From an uncultured Syntrophaceae bacterium (GTDB taxonomy: Bacteria; Desulfobacterota; Syntrophia; Syntrophales; UBA2192): a stretch of DNA of 64,000 bases. A model generated the notes under the pieces. The model worked only from the letters and a program-made list of their open reading frames with translations. It searched no databases and was not told where the DNA came from. The stretch lies in the NCBI GenBank assembly GCA_964628025.1, contig CAZVLL010000006.1, positions 946 through 64,945 on the forward strand. Reading direction: 5' to 3'. Positions 46,579-54,319 of the stretch are shown in pieces (within the stretch, counting starts at the first letter, position 1; each line of letters opens with the position of its first letter). The position numbers and the translations under genes are program-made.

Positions 46579-46666
46579 GCCTGGGTGGCGGAACTGGTAG
46601 ACGCAAGGGACTTAAAATCCCTCGGTACTTAGTGCTGTGCGGGTTCGATTCCCGCCCCAGGCACCA
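46579..46666 (+). tRNA. tRNA-Leu (anticodon UAA), class II with long variable arm, CCA encoded
   Basis: Acceptor GCCTGGG/CCCAGGC. D-arm GUGGCGGAACUGGUAGACGC as in bacterial tRNA-Leu. Anticodon stem AGGGA/TCCCT with loop CTTAAAA. T-arm GCGGG-TTCGATT-CCCGC. Discriminator A plus CCA. Confidence 0.9.
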
Positions 46667-46671
46667 ACAAA

Positions 46672-47343
46672 TTACCCTCCCATTTTTCTGATCACGTCCA
46701 TGGCCGTGTCGTTCAGCATTTTTGAGACATTCGAGACTTGATTAAGCAGTTGCTGCTGTTTCTGCATTGCATTCTGGAGATCGGTGTTGGCCAAATTTGC
46801 GTCATCACCGACTTCATTGAGCTTGCCATTGAGATAACGAATATAGTCCTGTCTTTCCTTTTCCGTTTTCAGGACGCCTGAGTCCTGGATGACCAATCTT
46901 GGCGGAATTCCTTTCCCTACGGCAAATTGTTTCTTGCGGACCGGGACGGCTCCAGGAACCTGCGCATTCTGCGTTTTGTTTACTTCATCTCTGATTTGGT
47001 TTTTGCAGTCATTGAAATATTTCACTTTCTCTGTATGCGTTTTCAGGTCGTTTGCCTGTTCCAAATAAGATTCCTTCAGTACCTGTTGGACCAGGGCATT
47101 GACATCGAGATTAGAATTGTTTGTGTTTTTTACAACCGCCTTCCATTTTCCCAGGATTGCTTCTTTTGGTTCTCCTTTCGCGATCATCGCACCCAGCAAG
47201 TGGATATCCGCCTGCGCAACGGTCCTTACCTGGATTTTCCGTTGTTCCAGCGTGAGAGCCGGACTCTTTTCTGCCGCCGGGATTGCATCACACAGAAAAC
47301 AAAACGATAAGAGGAATGTAGAAACAACCAACCATTTTTTCAT
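46672..47343 (-). CDS. secreted coiled-coil protein, unknown function, in a low-GC islet
   Basis: RBS AAGGAGA. Signal peptide MKKWLVVSTFLLSFCFLCDAIPAAE. Lys/Gln/Asn-rich helices. Hand-counted GC of several 60-nt lines is about 33-55%, against about 60% in the flanks. Confidence 0.6.
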   Translation of the reverse strand: MKKWLVVSTFLLSFCFLCDAIPAAEKSPALTLEQRKIQVRTVAQADIHLLGAMIAKGEPKEAILGKWKAVVKNTNNSNLDVNALVQQVLKESYLEQANDLKTHTEKVKYFNDCKNQIRDEVNKTQNAQVPGAVPVRKKQFAVGKGIPPRLVIQDSGVLKTEKERQDYIRYLNGKLNEVGDDANLANTDLQNAMQKQQQLLNQVSNVSKMLNDTAMDVIRKMGG

Positions 47344-47610
47344 TGATGGTCTCCTTGTTTTGATGCATCGGAAAGCGAAATATCCGAGTCGGTACGGCGT
47401 CAGTTTTATATTTTTCGCGCGCCTTTCACAAGAAAAATCCCATTACGTTTCTCATCCTTTTTCTGACGGCAAAGTAAGGGATATCGAAGGGTCAATTCAT
47501 CGTATCCCCGATTCATTCATGGGCTGAATCATAAGAGAATGGCAGTACGGCAAGGGAGTTCATCGGGTCAACAGGCACCCGGACAAATGCAATGTGGAGG
47601 TGAGGTGTTC

Positions 47611-47931
47611 ATGGAACCTTTGCGTATCCTTCCCGAGGAGGCACATGAGAAGGTTGCAGCGGGAAAAGCCCTTCTGGTCTGCGCCTACCCGGACGACGAG
47701 ACGTTCCGGAAGATGATGTTGCAGGGAGCGGTGTCCCTGAAGGAATTTGAATCAAGGATCGCCGGTCTCTCGAAGAGCCAGGAGATTATTTTCTACTGCG
47801 CTTGAACGAAGGAGCACACCTCTGCCGGTCTGGCAGAGAAATACCTGGTCATGGGATATGAGAATGTCAGGGCGCTCGGCGGTGGCGTCGAAGGATGGAA
47901 AAGGGCAGGGTATACCATTGTCGGCGCGTAA
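47611..47931 (+). CDS. rhodanese-like sulfurtransferase, probable selenoprotein (in-frame UGA at 47803-47805 read as Sec65)
   Basis: RBS GGAGGTGAGG. The frame continues through the TGA into ...TKEHTSAGLAEKYLVMGYENVRALGGGVEGWKRAGYTIVGA*, which completes the rhodanese fold. A SECIS-like hairpin lies 14 nt downstream of the UGA. Confidence 0.65.
47820..47838 (+). promoter_or_regulatory. bacterial SECIS-like hairpin
   Basis: CTCTGCC-GGTCT-GGCAGAG is a perfect 7-bp stem. The apical GGUCU recalls the E. coli fdhF SECIS core (...GCAGGUCUGC..., from memory). The loop starts 21 nt after the UGA. Confidence 0.6.
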
Positions 47932-48013
47932 CGCCTATGGAGGCCGCCGTCGATCATGCCTGCCGGCGAAGGTTTACCGAAAAACGTGAATAGGGATCGG
48001 TAAGGAGGATACG

Positions 48014-48094
48014 ATGGATCTAGTCTTTTATGTTCTGTTTGCGGCTATCCTGATCGGCGCGATCGTCTGGATCGTTAAAGGGAAGCGCAAATAA
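48014..48094 (+). CDS. 26-aa single-TM small protein candidate, absent from the ORF track
   Basis: RBS TAAGGAGGAT ends 3 nt upstream of the ATG (GGAGG core about 5 nt). MDLVFYVLFAAILIGAIVWIVKGKRK is one hydrophobic helix plus a basic tail. Confidence 0.4.
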   Translation: MDLVFYVLFAAILIGAIVWIVKGKRK

Positions 48095-48133
48095 AAAGCC
48101 CGGTCCCGTCGAGCGTGCAGCGGGGGAGCGTCG

Positions 48134-51100
48134 TCAACGAATACGGTCCAGCTCCTGCCTGACGCTGATGGCGAGCCGTTCCTGGAGGTAGGGTTTCCGG
48201 ACGTAGGCGCCGGCGCCCAGGGTCTGGGCTTCCACCACCCGCTCGGTTTGCGCGTAGCCGCTCACGACGATGGCCTTCTGCCCCGGATGGATCTTCACGA
48301 TCTCCCGGTACGTGTCCAGCCCGTCCATCCCCGGTTCCATCAGCATGTCCAGGACCACCAGGTCCACTCTGTTCGTCCGGAGATACTCCACGGCCGCCTC
48401 GCCGCTCGCCACACCCGTCGCACTGTAGTTCAGACCAGTCAGGATCTTCACCGCCAGATCCCGCTGACCCCCCACGTCGTCCACCACCAGGACCGTCTCC
48501 CTTCTCCCCCGGTACCGCGACACCCGGAAGACCGGCTTTTCGAGGATTGCTTCCTTCGTCACCGGAAAATACAGGGTAAACGTCGTTCCCTTGCCCTTCT
48601 CGCTTGCCACTTCGATGTACCCGTCATGATCGTTCACCGTCCCCCAGACCACCGAAAGCCCCAGGCCCGTCCCGCTGTAACGACCCATCGCCTTCTTCGT
48701 GTAAAAAGGCTCGAAGATCCGCTTCATATCCTCCGGGGAGATCCCTTCCCCCGTGTCCGATACCGACAGAACCACATACTCTCCCTTCCGGACCTTGTCG
48801 TACCCGGAAACGGAACTCTCCAAAACCTGTTTCCGCGTTCGGATCGTCACCGTTCCCCCGATGGGCATCGCCTCGCACGCGTTGGACACCAGGTTCATGA
48901 TCGTCTTGCCGATGTGAACGGGGGAGGCCAGGATGTTCCCAAGCTCCTCCTCCAGATCGGTCTGCACCTCCACGTGGGGATGATACGAAACCAGGGTCAT
49001 ATACTCGGGAGAGGCCAGGACCTCGCAAACCGACAGGTTCAGGTTCATGGCCTTGTGGACGTGGACCCCCCGCCGGGCCATCACCAGCAGATCCTGCACA
49101 ATCGCAGCCGCCTTCTCACCTCCTTCCATGATGCGAAGCACGTCGGACCGCCACGGGCTCGACGCGTCAATGTGATCCAGCAAAAGCTCCGAATACCCCA
49201 CCAGGATGCCCAGGTGATTGTTCAGCTCGTGGGCCACGCCGCCCGCCAGGACCCCCAGGGCCTCCATCTTCTCCGAACGAATCAGCCGCTCCTTCAACTC
49301 CCGACGATCCTCCTCCGCACGCTTGTGGGAGGTGATGTCCCGGAAATATCCCCGCACTTTCGTGACCCTGCCGTCGACCTTCACCGCCCGTCCCATGGCA
49401 TGCGTCACAAGACGCCTTCCCTTGGCGCTGGTGAAGCGAAGTTCGAGATCGAAGGGCTCCCCGGTTTCTGTGCAGCGCTGCAGCGCCGCGATCAACGTTG
49501 ACCGATCCGGCTCATCGTAGAAGAGGGTGGCTTTAGGCAGGTCATAGTTTTCATGCTCGGGAATGTCGTGAATCCGGTATGTCTCCCGGGTCCAGTATAC
49601 TTTCTTTGTCCCTACGTCGAGTTCCCAGCCGCCGACCTTGCCCAACTCGCCTATTTCATCGAGTAATATCTCACTTCGGCGCAAGGCATCCTCCGCCTTT
49701 TTGCGTTCGGTGATGTCCACATTGTTTCCAACGTAGCCGCTGATCACTCCTGATTCATCCCGTATCGGCGAGGCAACGCCGTAAACCCAGGTTGCTATTC
49801 CCTCACGGTTTTGAAATCGGTATTCGAGACCCCAGGTTCCTTCCGATTCCACCATTCTGTACCAGGAGTTGCGAATCAATTCCCGATCCTCCGGATGGAT
49901 CCCTTCCACCCAGCCTTCGCCCATCGCTTCTTCGGTCGTGAGTCCCGCCATCCTGCGCCAACGCTTGTTTACATAGCTGCAGTGACCGATATTATCGGTC
50001 AGATAAATCCCGACGGGTGATGACTCGGCGAGGGCGCGGAATTTGTTTTCGTTTTCCCGGAGCGCATTCTGAATTTTTCTTTCCTCGGTGATGTCATGGG
50101 CCTGGGTAAGCAACATTTCCCTGTCGCCGATCCTGACGATCTCGGCGGACATGATCATCTCCAATTCCCTGCCGTCTCTCGACTTGAGAATCATAACTAC
50201 ATCGCGAAGACATCTCTTTTCTTTGAGCGTTTCGATAAGTTGTGCCCGCTGTTCCGGTTCGTTCCATACTCCCAGTTCGACTGCCGTTTTGCCCATTACC
50301 TCTTGACGGGAAAATCCCGTCGTGTTGAGCCACTGGTCGTTGACATTGACGAGGCGGCCGTTCGCCATATCTGTAATGGCCATCGGTGACGGGCTTGAGT
50401 GAAATGCCGTCCTGAACAGATCTTCGCTTGCCCGCAAATCCTTCTCTGCCTGCTTGCGTTTGGTCCTGTCGTGGATAATCTGGATTGTCAGCACCCGACC
50501 GTCCGGCCCTGGAAAGCAGTTTGAACTCAGTTCTACCGGAAACGTTGTTCCGTCCTTCCGCCGGAGTGTCAGTTCTCCTCTCCATTTTCCTGTCTGTACT
50601 CGCTCTTCAAGGGCTTTGCCCAGCCGATCATCCTGAACCACAATCCCGGCACGTCCGGCTTTGCATATCTCTTCTTCCATCATTCCGAGCATCTGCTGGG
50701 CTGCAACATTTGCAGACAAAACTTCGCCTGTGGGCTCGGTGACCAGGATAGCATCTAAACTGTTGTTGAAGATGGAACGGAAACGATTTTCGCTTGCACG
50801 CAAACCCTTCTCGGCCTGCTTCGCATCCGTGATATCGCGGCCGAAGACAGCCACGCGCACGACGGTTCCATCGGGTCCCTTCACGGGATAGATTCGCTGC
50901 TCGATGTGGCGGCCATCCCTGTCGTCCTCGAATTCGACAGGCTTGCCTGTCTTGAGGACCTGCTCCAGCATGACCCGGCGCCGGACCGCCAGGTCGGCAG
51001 GCAGGAAATCGAAGGCATTTTGCCCGACAACATCGGTTTTGCTGATCTTCAGGCGTTTGACGAATTCACTGTTGTGACACAGGATGATGCCGTCGCGGTC

Positions 51101-51208
51101 CATGAGGAAGAGTACGTCCATGGCAGCATCCAGGAAGGCCTGTAAAGCCTCCTCCTTTAGCCTCAGTTTTTCGATTAGCTCTTGCCTGGTCTTGTTTTCA
51201 TTGTGCAT
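48134..51208 (-). CDS. hybrid sensor histidine kinase: five PAS domains + HisKA + HATPase_c + receiver
   Basis: Five PAS units, each ending in a D(I/V)T(D/E)xK-type linker. H-box GGVAHELNNHLG, then N/G boxes (NACEAM, DTGEGI, GTGLGLS). C-terminal REC (VLVVDD...VVLDMLMPGMDG...KPY). Confidence 0.9.
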   Translation of the reverse strand: MHNENKTRQELIEKLRLKEEALQAFLDAAMDVLFLMDRDGIILCHNSEFVKRLKISKTDVVGQNAFDFLPADLAVRRRVMLEQVLKTGKPVEFEDDRDGRHIEQRIYPVKGPDGTVVRVAVFGRDITDAKQAEKGLRASENRFRSIFNNSLDAILVTEPTGEVLSANVAAQQMLGMMEEEICKAGRAGIVVQDDRLGKALEERVQTGKWRGELTLRRKDGTTFPVELSSNCFPGPDGRVLTIQIIHDRTKRKQAEKDLRASEDLFRTAFHSSPSPMAITDMANGRLVNVNDQWLNTTGFSRQEVMGKTAVELGVWNEPEQRAQLIETLKEKRCLRDVVMILKSRDGRELEMIMSAEIVRIGDREMLLTQAHDITEERKIQNALRENENKFRALAESSPVGIYLTDNIGHCSYVNKRWRRMAGLTTEEAMGEGWVEGIHPEDRELIRNSWYRMVESEGTWGLEYRFQNREGIATWVYGVASPIRDESGVISGYVGNNVDITERKKAEDALRRSEILLDEIGELGKVGGWELDVGTKKVYWTRETYRIHDIPEHENYDLPKATLFYDEPDRSTLIAALQRCTETGEPFDLELRFTSAKGRRLVTHAMGRAVKVDGRVTKVRGYFRDITSHKRAEEDRRELKERLIRSEKMEALGVLAGGVAHELNNHLGILVGYSELLLDHIDASSPWRSDVLRIMEGGEKAAAIVQDLLVMARRGVHVHKAMNLNLSVCEVLASPEYMTLVSYHPHVEVQTDLEEELGNILASPVHIGKTIMNLVSNACEAMPIGGTVTIRTRKQVLESSVSGYDKVRKGEYVVLSVSDTGEGISPEDMKRIFEPFYTKKAMGRYSGTGLGLSVVWGTVNDHDGYIEVASEKGKGTTFTLYFPVTKEAILEKPVFRVSRYRGRRETVLVVDDVGGQRDLAVKILTGLNYSATGVASGEAAVEYLRTNRVDLVVLDMLMEPGMDGLDTYREIVKIHPGQKAIVVSGYAQTERVVEAQTLGAGAYVRKPYLQERLAISVRQELDRIR

Positions 51209-51420
51209 ATCAGATCCTCAAAAAAACCCCACTGTCGCGGCGGCAGCGGGGTTTCGGAAAACGGTCCATGGTGTACCCTCAGGCGGGGTGGAAGGGTTTC
51301 GTAACAACAATGAAACGCTATTGTGCTTCTCGTAGCAGCATTGCCGCAGGAAATCCACCAGAAAGTGAGAAAGCGGCTGCACCTCTAGACTATTCGCTCA
51401 GGTCGGGTCTTATGGAAAAA

Positions 51421-51437
51421 TGGCATGGTCTGTGCTT
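51421..51437 (+). promoter_or_regulatory. candidate sigma54 (-24/-12) promoter upstream of the REC-HK gene
   Basis: TGGCATGGTCTGTGCTT has GG and GC at the correct 12-nt register of TGGCAC-N5-TTGCW. It lies 54-70 nt upstream of ATG 51491. Confidence 0.4.
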
Positions 51438-51490
51438 CTGAGAGTGTTTTGTGACGCTTCCGATTTTGGTCGAAAGGTCACAGGGGGACT

Positions 51491-53092
51491 ATGCAAAGGA
51501 ACCTTCCCGTTCGTAATCTGCTGATGGTGGACGATGAGCCGCAGATTCTCAACAGCCTCATGCGGGAGCTGAGGCAGGAAGGGTACCGGATCTACACGGC
51601 AAATGACGGTCCGGCAGGGCTTGATATCGTCCGGAATCATGATATCGGTGTCGTCCTGTCGGATCAGATGATGCCGCAGATGGGCGGCATCGCCTTTCTC
51701 GAGGAAGTGGGGAGGCTGAAGCCCGACACGATTCGGATCATGCTCACGGCACACGGGTCTTTCGAATCCGCTTCGATGGCCATCAATCGTTCCAATGTGT
51801 TCGGCTACCTGACGAAGCCCTGGCACTCGGAAGATCTGAAGACATTTCTGCGGAGGGCCTTCGAGCACCACGATCTGATCATGGAGAATCGCAGGCTCCA
51901 GCGCCTGACCGAAGATCAGAACGAGCAACTTCAGGTGAACATGAACATGCGGCAATCCATATTTAATGCCATTGCGGAGCCCCTTCTGCTGGTTGATGAG
52001 TATCTTGACATCCTCGTGTCGAACGAGGCGGCATCGGTCATGCTCTACAACGAGCGGAGTTTCGATCCCGGTTGCACACCGCTCTTGCAGGAGTTGACGG
52101 AGCGGTACGGCGAGACGATTGCACGCGCAATCCAGCATTCCGTGAGGGATTCATCAACAGAACGATTCCGCACCGAAGTCAACAAGGTAGACTTCATGGT
52201 AGAGGAGATTTCCATACACCCCGTTCCCGAAAAGAGCAGGGCGAACACAAAGGCCGTCTTACGAATTCGAGACATCACGGAAGACAAGAGAACGGAGCGA
52301 AAACAGTACCAGCAGGAGAAGCTAGAGTCGCTCGGACTGCTCATGACAGGGCTGATTCATGAGATTAACAATCCCAACAACTTCATCATATTCAATATCC
52401 CTACGATCCGGGAATACACAGAACGCCTCTTGAGCGTCGCAAAGAATCAGGCAGGGCTGAGTCCGGAGCCTGATTTTTGTGGGATGCCCTACGAGGAATT
52501 CAAGGAAGATCTGCTTCGCCTCATTGAAACGCTCGAGCGTGGTGCAAAGCGAATCGATGAGACACTGTTGAAGCTGCGAAGCGTGACCCATGAGAGAGGC
52601 ATCCAGAGACAGTACATCGCGAAGCCGGGCGAGATTATTGAGAAGGCCCTCTCCGTTTGCCAGAGCCAAATCAAGAAACTGATCAATACCCTCGACATCC
52701 AGATCGCCGGAAACCTCCTTCCGATGTCCTGCGATCCCGACGCCCTGGAAGAGATCCTGATCAATATCCTCATCAATGCAGCTCAGGCAGGCGATAAGGA
52801 AAATTCTATCGTCCGCCTCCGGGCCTTCGCCGGGAAGAACTGGAAGAATCGCCTTGTCGTCGAAATTGAAGACAACGGATGCGGGATGGACAAAAAGACG
52901 AAGGAGCGGATTTTCGAACCCTTTTTTACGACGAGGAAATACGGCGCCGGCCTCGGAATGGGACTCTACCGATCAAAGATGCTCATCGATGATCTTGGCG
53001 GGACGATCTCGGTGACGAGCAGGCCGAAGGAGGGTACGACATTCCGGGTCGTTGTCCCGGATATGCAGGGCACTTGCGAGGCATGTTGCTGA
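51491..53092 (+). CDS. response-regulator receiver fused to PAS-like region and histidine kinase core
   Basis: REC (LMVDDEPQIL...VVLSDQMMPQMGG...YLTKPW). H-box GLIHEINNPNNF. HATPase (NILINAAQA, DNGCGMD, GAGLGMGL). Confidence 0.88.
   Translation: MQRNLPVRNLLMVDDEPQILNSLMRELRQEGYRIYTANDGPAGLDIVRNHDIGVVLSDQMMPQMGGIAFLEEVGRLKPDTIRIMLTAHGSFESASMAINRSNVFGYLTKPWHSEDLKTFLRRAFEHHDLIMENRRLQRLTEDQNEQLQVNMNMRQSIFNAIAEPLLLVDEYLDILVSNEAASVMLYNERSFDPGCTPLLQELTERYGETIARAIQHSVRDSSTERFRTEVNKVDFMVEEISIHPVPEKSRANTKAVLRIRDITEDKRTERKQYQQEKLESLGLLMTGLIHEINNPNNFIIFNIPTIREYTERLLSVAKNQAGLSPEPDFCGMPYEEFKEDLLRLIETLERGAKRIDETLLKLRSVTHERGIQRQYIAKPGEIIEKALSVCQSQIKKLINTLDIQIAGNLLPMSCDPDALEEILINILINAAQAGDKENSIVRLRAFAGKNWKNRLVVEIEDNGCGMDKKTKERIFEPFFTTRKYGAGLGMGLYRSKMLIDDLGGTISVTSRPKEGTTFRVVVPDMQGTCEACC
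51506..51930 (+). repeat. 425-nt direct repeat, copy 1 (REC module + linker)
   Basis: Aligns without gaps to 53203-53627. 9 of ~142 encoded residues differ. 51731-51840 is 110/110 nt identical to 53428-53537. Confidence 0.9.
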
Positions 53093-53187
53093 TGCCTGTC
53101 GGAACAGGGAAGGGAATCTAACGAGTAACCGGTCAGGATGACGATACCGGCCGTTTTGGTCGTTGTGTCGGCATCGCAGGAGGTCAC

Positions 53188-54294
53188 ATGCGGAGCCACG
53201 CACCCGTTCACAATCTGCTGATGGTGGACGATGAGCCGCAGATTCTCAACAGTCTCAAGCGGGAGCTGAAGCAGGAAGGGTACCGGATCTACACGGCAAA
53301 TGACGGTCCGGCAGGGCTCGATATCGTCCGGAATCACGATATCGATGTGGTCCTGTCGGATCAGATGATGCCGCAGATGGACGGCATCGAGTTCCTGGGA
53401 GAGGTCGGCCGGCTGAAGCCCGACGCGATTCGGATCATGCTCACGGCACACGGGTCTTTCGAATCCGCTTCGATGGCCATCAATCGTTCCAATGTGTTCG
53501 GCTACCTGACGAAGCCCTGGCACTCGGAAGATCTGAAAACATTCCTGCGGAGGGCCTTCGAGCACCATGATCTCATCATGGAAAATCGAAAGCTCCAGCG
53601 CCTGACCGAGGATCAGAACGAGCAACTCAGACAGTTCAACAGCGAGCTGGAAAGCATCATCCGCGAGAGAACGGTCCAGCTCACTGAGGCCGTGCGAGAA
53701 GGAATCTCCATGATGGCCCTCGCGGCGGACGCGAAGGAGGGCGGCACGGGGATGCATGTTCAGCGTATGTTCAGCCTGACGCTCCGCATCGGACTGAATC
53801 TGGGACTGGGATTCGGCGAGGCGGAGCAGATCGCCTTCGCGAGCATGATGCACGATGTGGGAAAACTCATGATTCCCGATGCAATCCTGAACGGAACGAA
53901 CCCTCCGTTGGACGACGAGCGCGAGCTGTTGAAACAGCACACCGTGCTCGGTGTCCGGATGCTGGGGAGCAAGCCGTTCTACCGTATTGCCAGGGACATT
54001 GCGCTGAGTCATCACGAACGATGGGACGGCGGGGGGTACCCCTACGGACTGAAGCAGGAAGCCATTCCGCTGGCCGCCCGGATCGTGGCCGTTGCCGATC
54101 TGTTCGACAGCTTGATGCATTCCCGATCATCGGGACGGAAACCGACCATCGACGAAGCGCGCGCCGCCATGCGGGCACAGTCCGGAGGTGCCCTTGACCC
54201 GGCGATCTTGGAGGCGTTTTGGGAACTGAACTGGGATTTCGACGACGAACGCGCACCGGAAAACGTCCGTTACGATAGACGCAACAAATCCTGA
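53188..54294 (+). CDS. response regulator with HD-GYP phosphodiesterase domain (RpfG-like)
   Basis: The REC is nearly identical to the previous gene. HD-GYP motifs HDVGKLMIP and HHERWDGGGYPYGL. Confidence 0.88.
   Translation: MRSHAPVHNLLMVDDEPQILNSLKRELKQEGYRIYTANDGPAGLDIVRNHDIDVVLSDQMMPQMDGIEFLGEVGRLKPDAIRIMLTAHGSFESASMAINRSNVFGYLTKPWHSEDLKTFLRRAFEHHDLIMENRKLQRLTEDQNEQLRQFNSELESIIRERTVQLTEAVREGISMMALAADAKEGGTGMHVQRMFSLTLRIGLNLGLGFGEAEQIAFASMMHDVGKLMIPDAILNGTNPPLDDERELLKQHTVLGVRMLGSKPFYRIARDIALSHHERWDGGGYPYGLKQEAIPLAARIVAVADLFDSLMHSRSSGRKPTIDEARAAMRAQSGGALDPAILEAFWELNWDFDDERAPENVRYDRRNKS
53203..53627 (+). repeat. 425-nt direct repeat, copy 2
   Basis: See copy 1. Identity is >90% by eye, including synonymous positions. 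Confidence 0.9.
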
Positions 54295-54319
54295 AACTGC
54301 CAGGGAGCGTGAAGACCTG

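Noticed and set aside
46511-46606. N-terminal extension of the second amidohydrolase given by the ORF track (start 46606)
   Set aside because: It would overlap the tRNA-Leu gene on the opposite strand. The internal ATG 46510 has an RBS (GGGAGAG) and aligns with the N-terminus of the paralogue.
47611-47931. Alternative reading of the rhodanese locus as a simple nonsense-mutated pseudogene
   Set aside because: This is not excluded, but I judge it less likely. The UGA falls at an active-site position, the downstream frame is intact to a proper stop, and a perfect fdhF-like hairpin sits at SECIS distance. Sec machinery must still be found elsewhere in the genome.
47747-47989. 80-aa plus-strand ORF overlapping the 3' half of the rhodanese locus
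   Set aside because: It is out of frame with the rhodanese fold. The in-frame read-through of UGA gives the canonical ...GGGVEGWKRAGY... C-terminus instead.
46579-48100. Possible integrated mobile element at tRNA-Leu
   Set aside because: No integrase, transposase or phage gene, and no visible repeat of the tRNA 3' end. Only the compositional shift is reported, as a finding.
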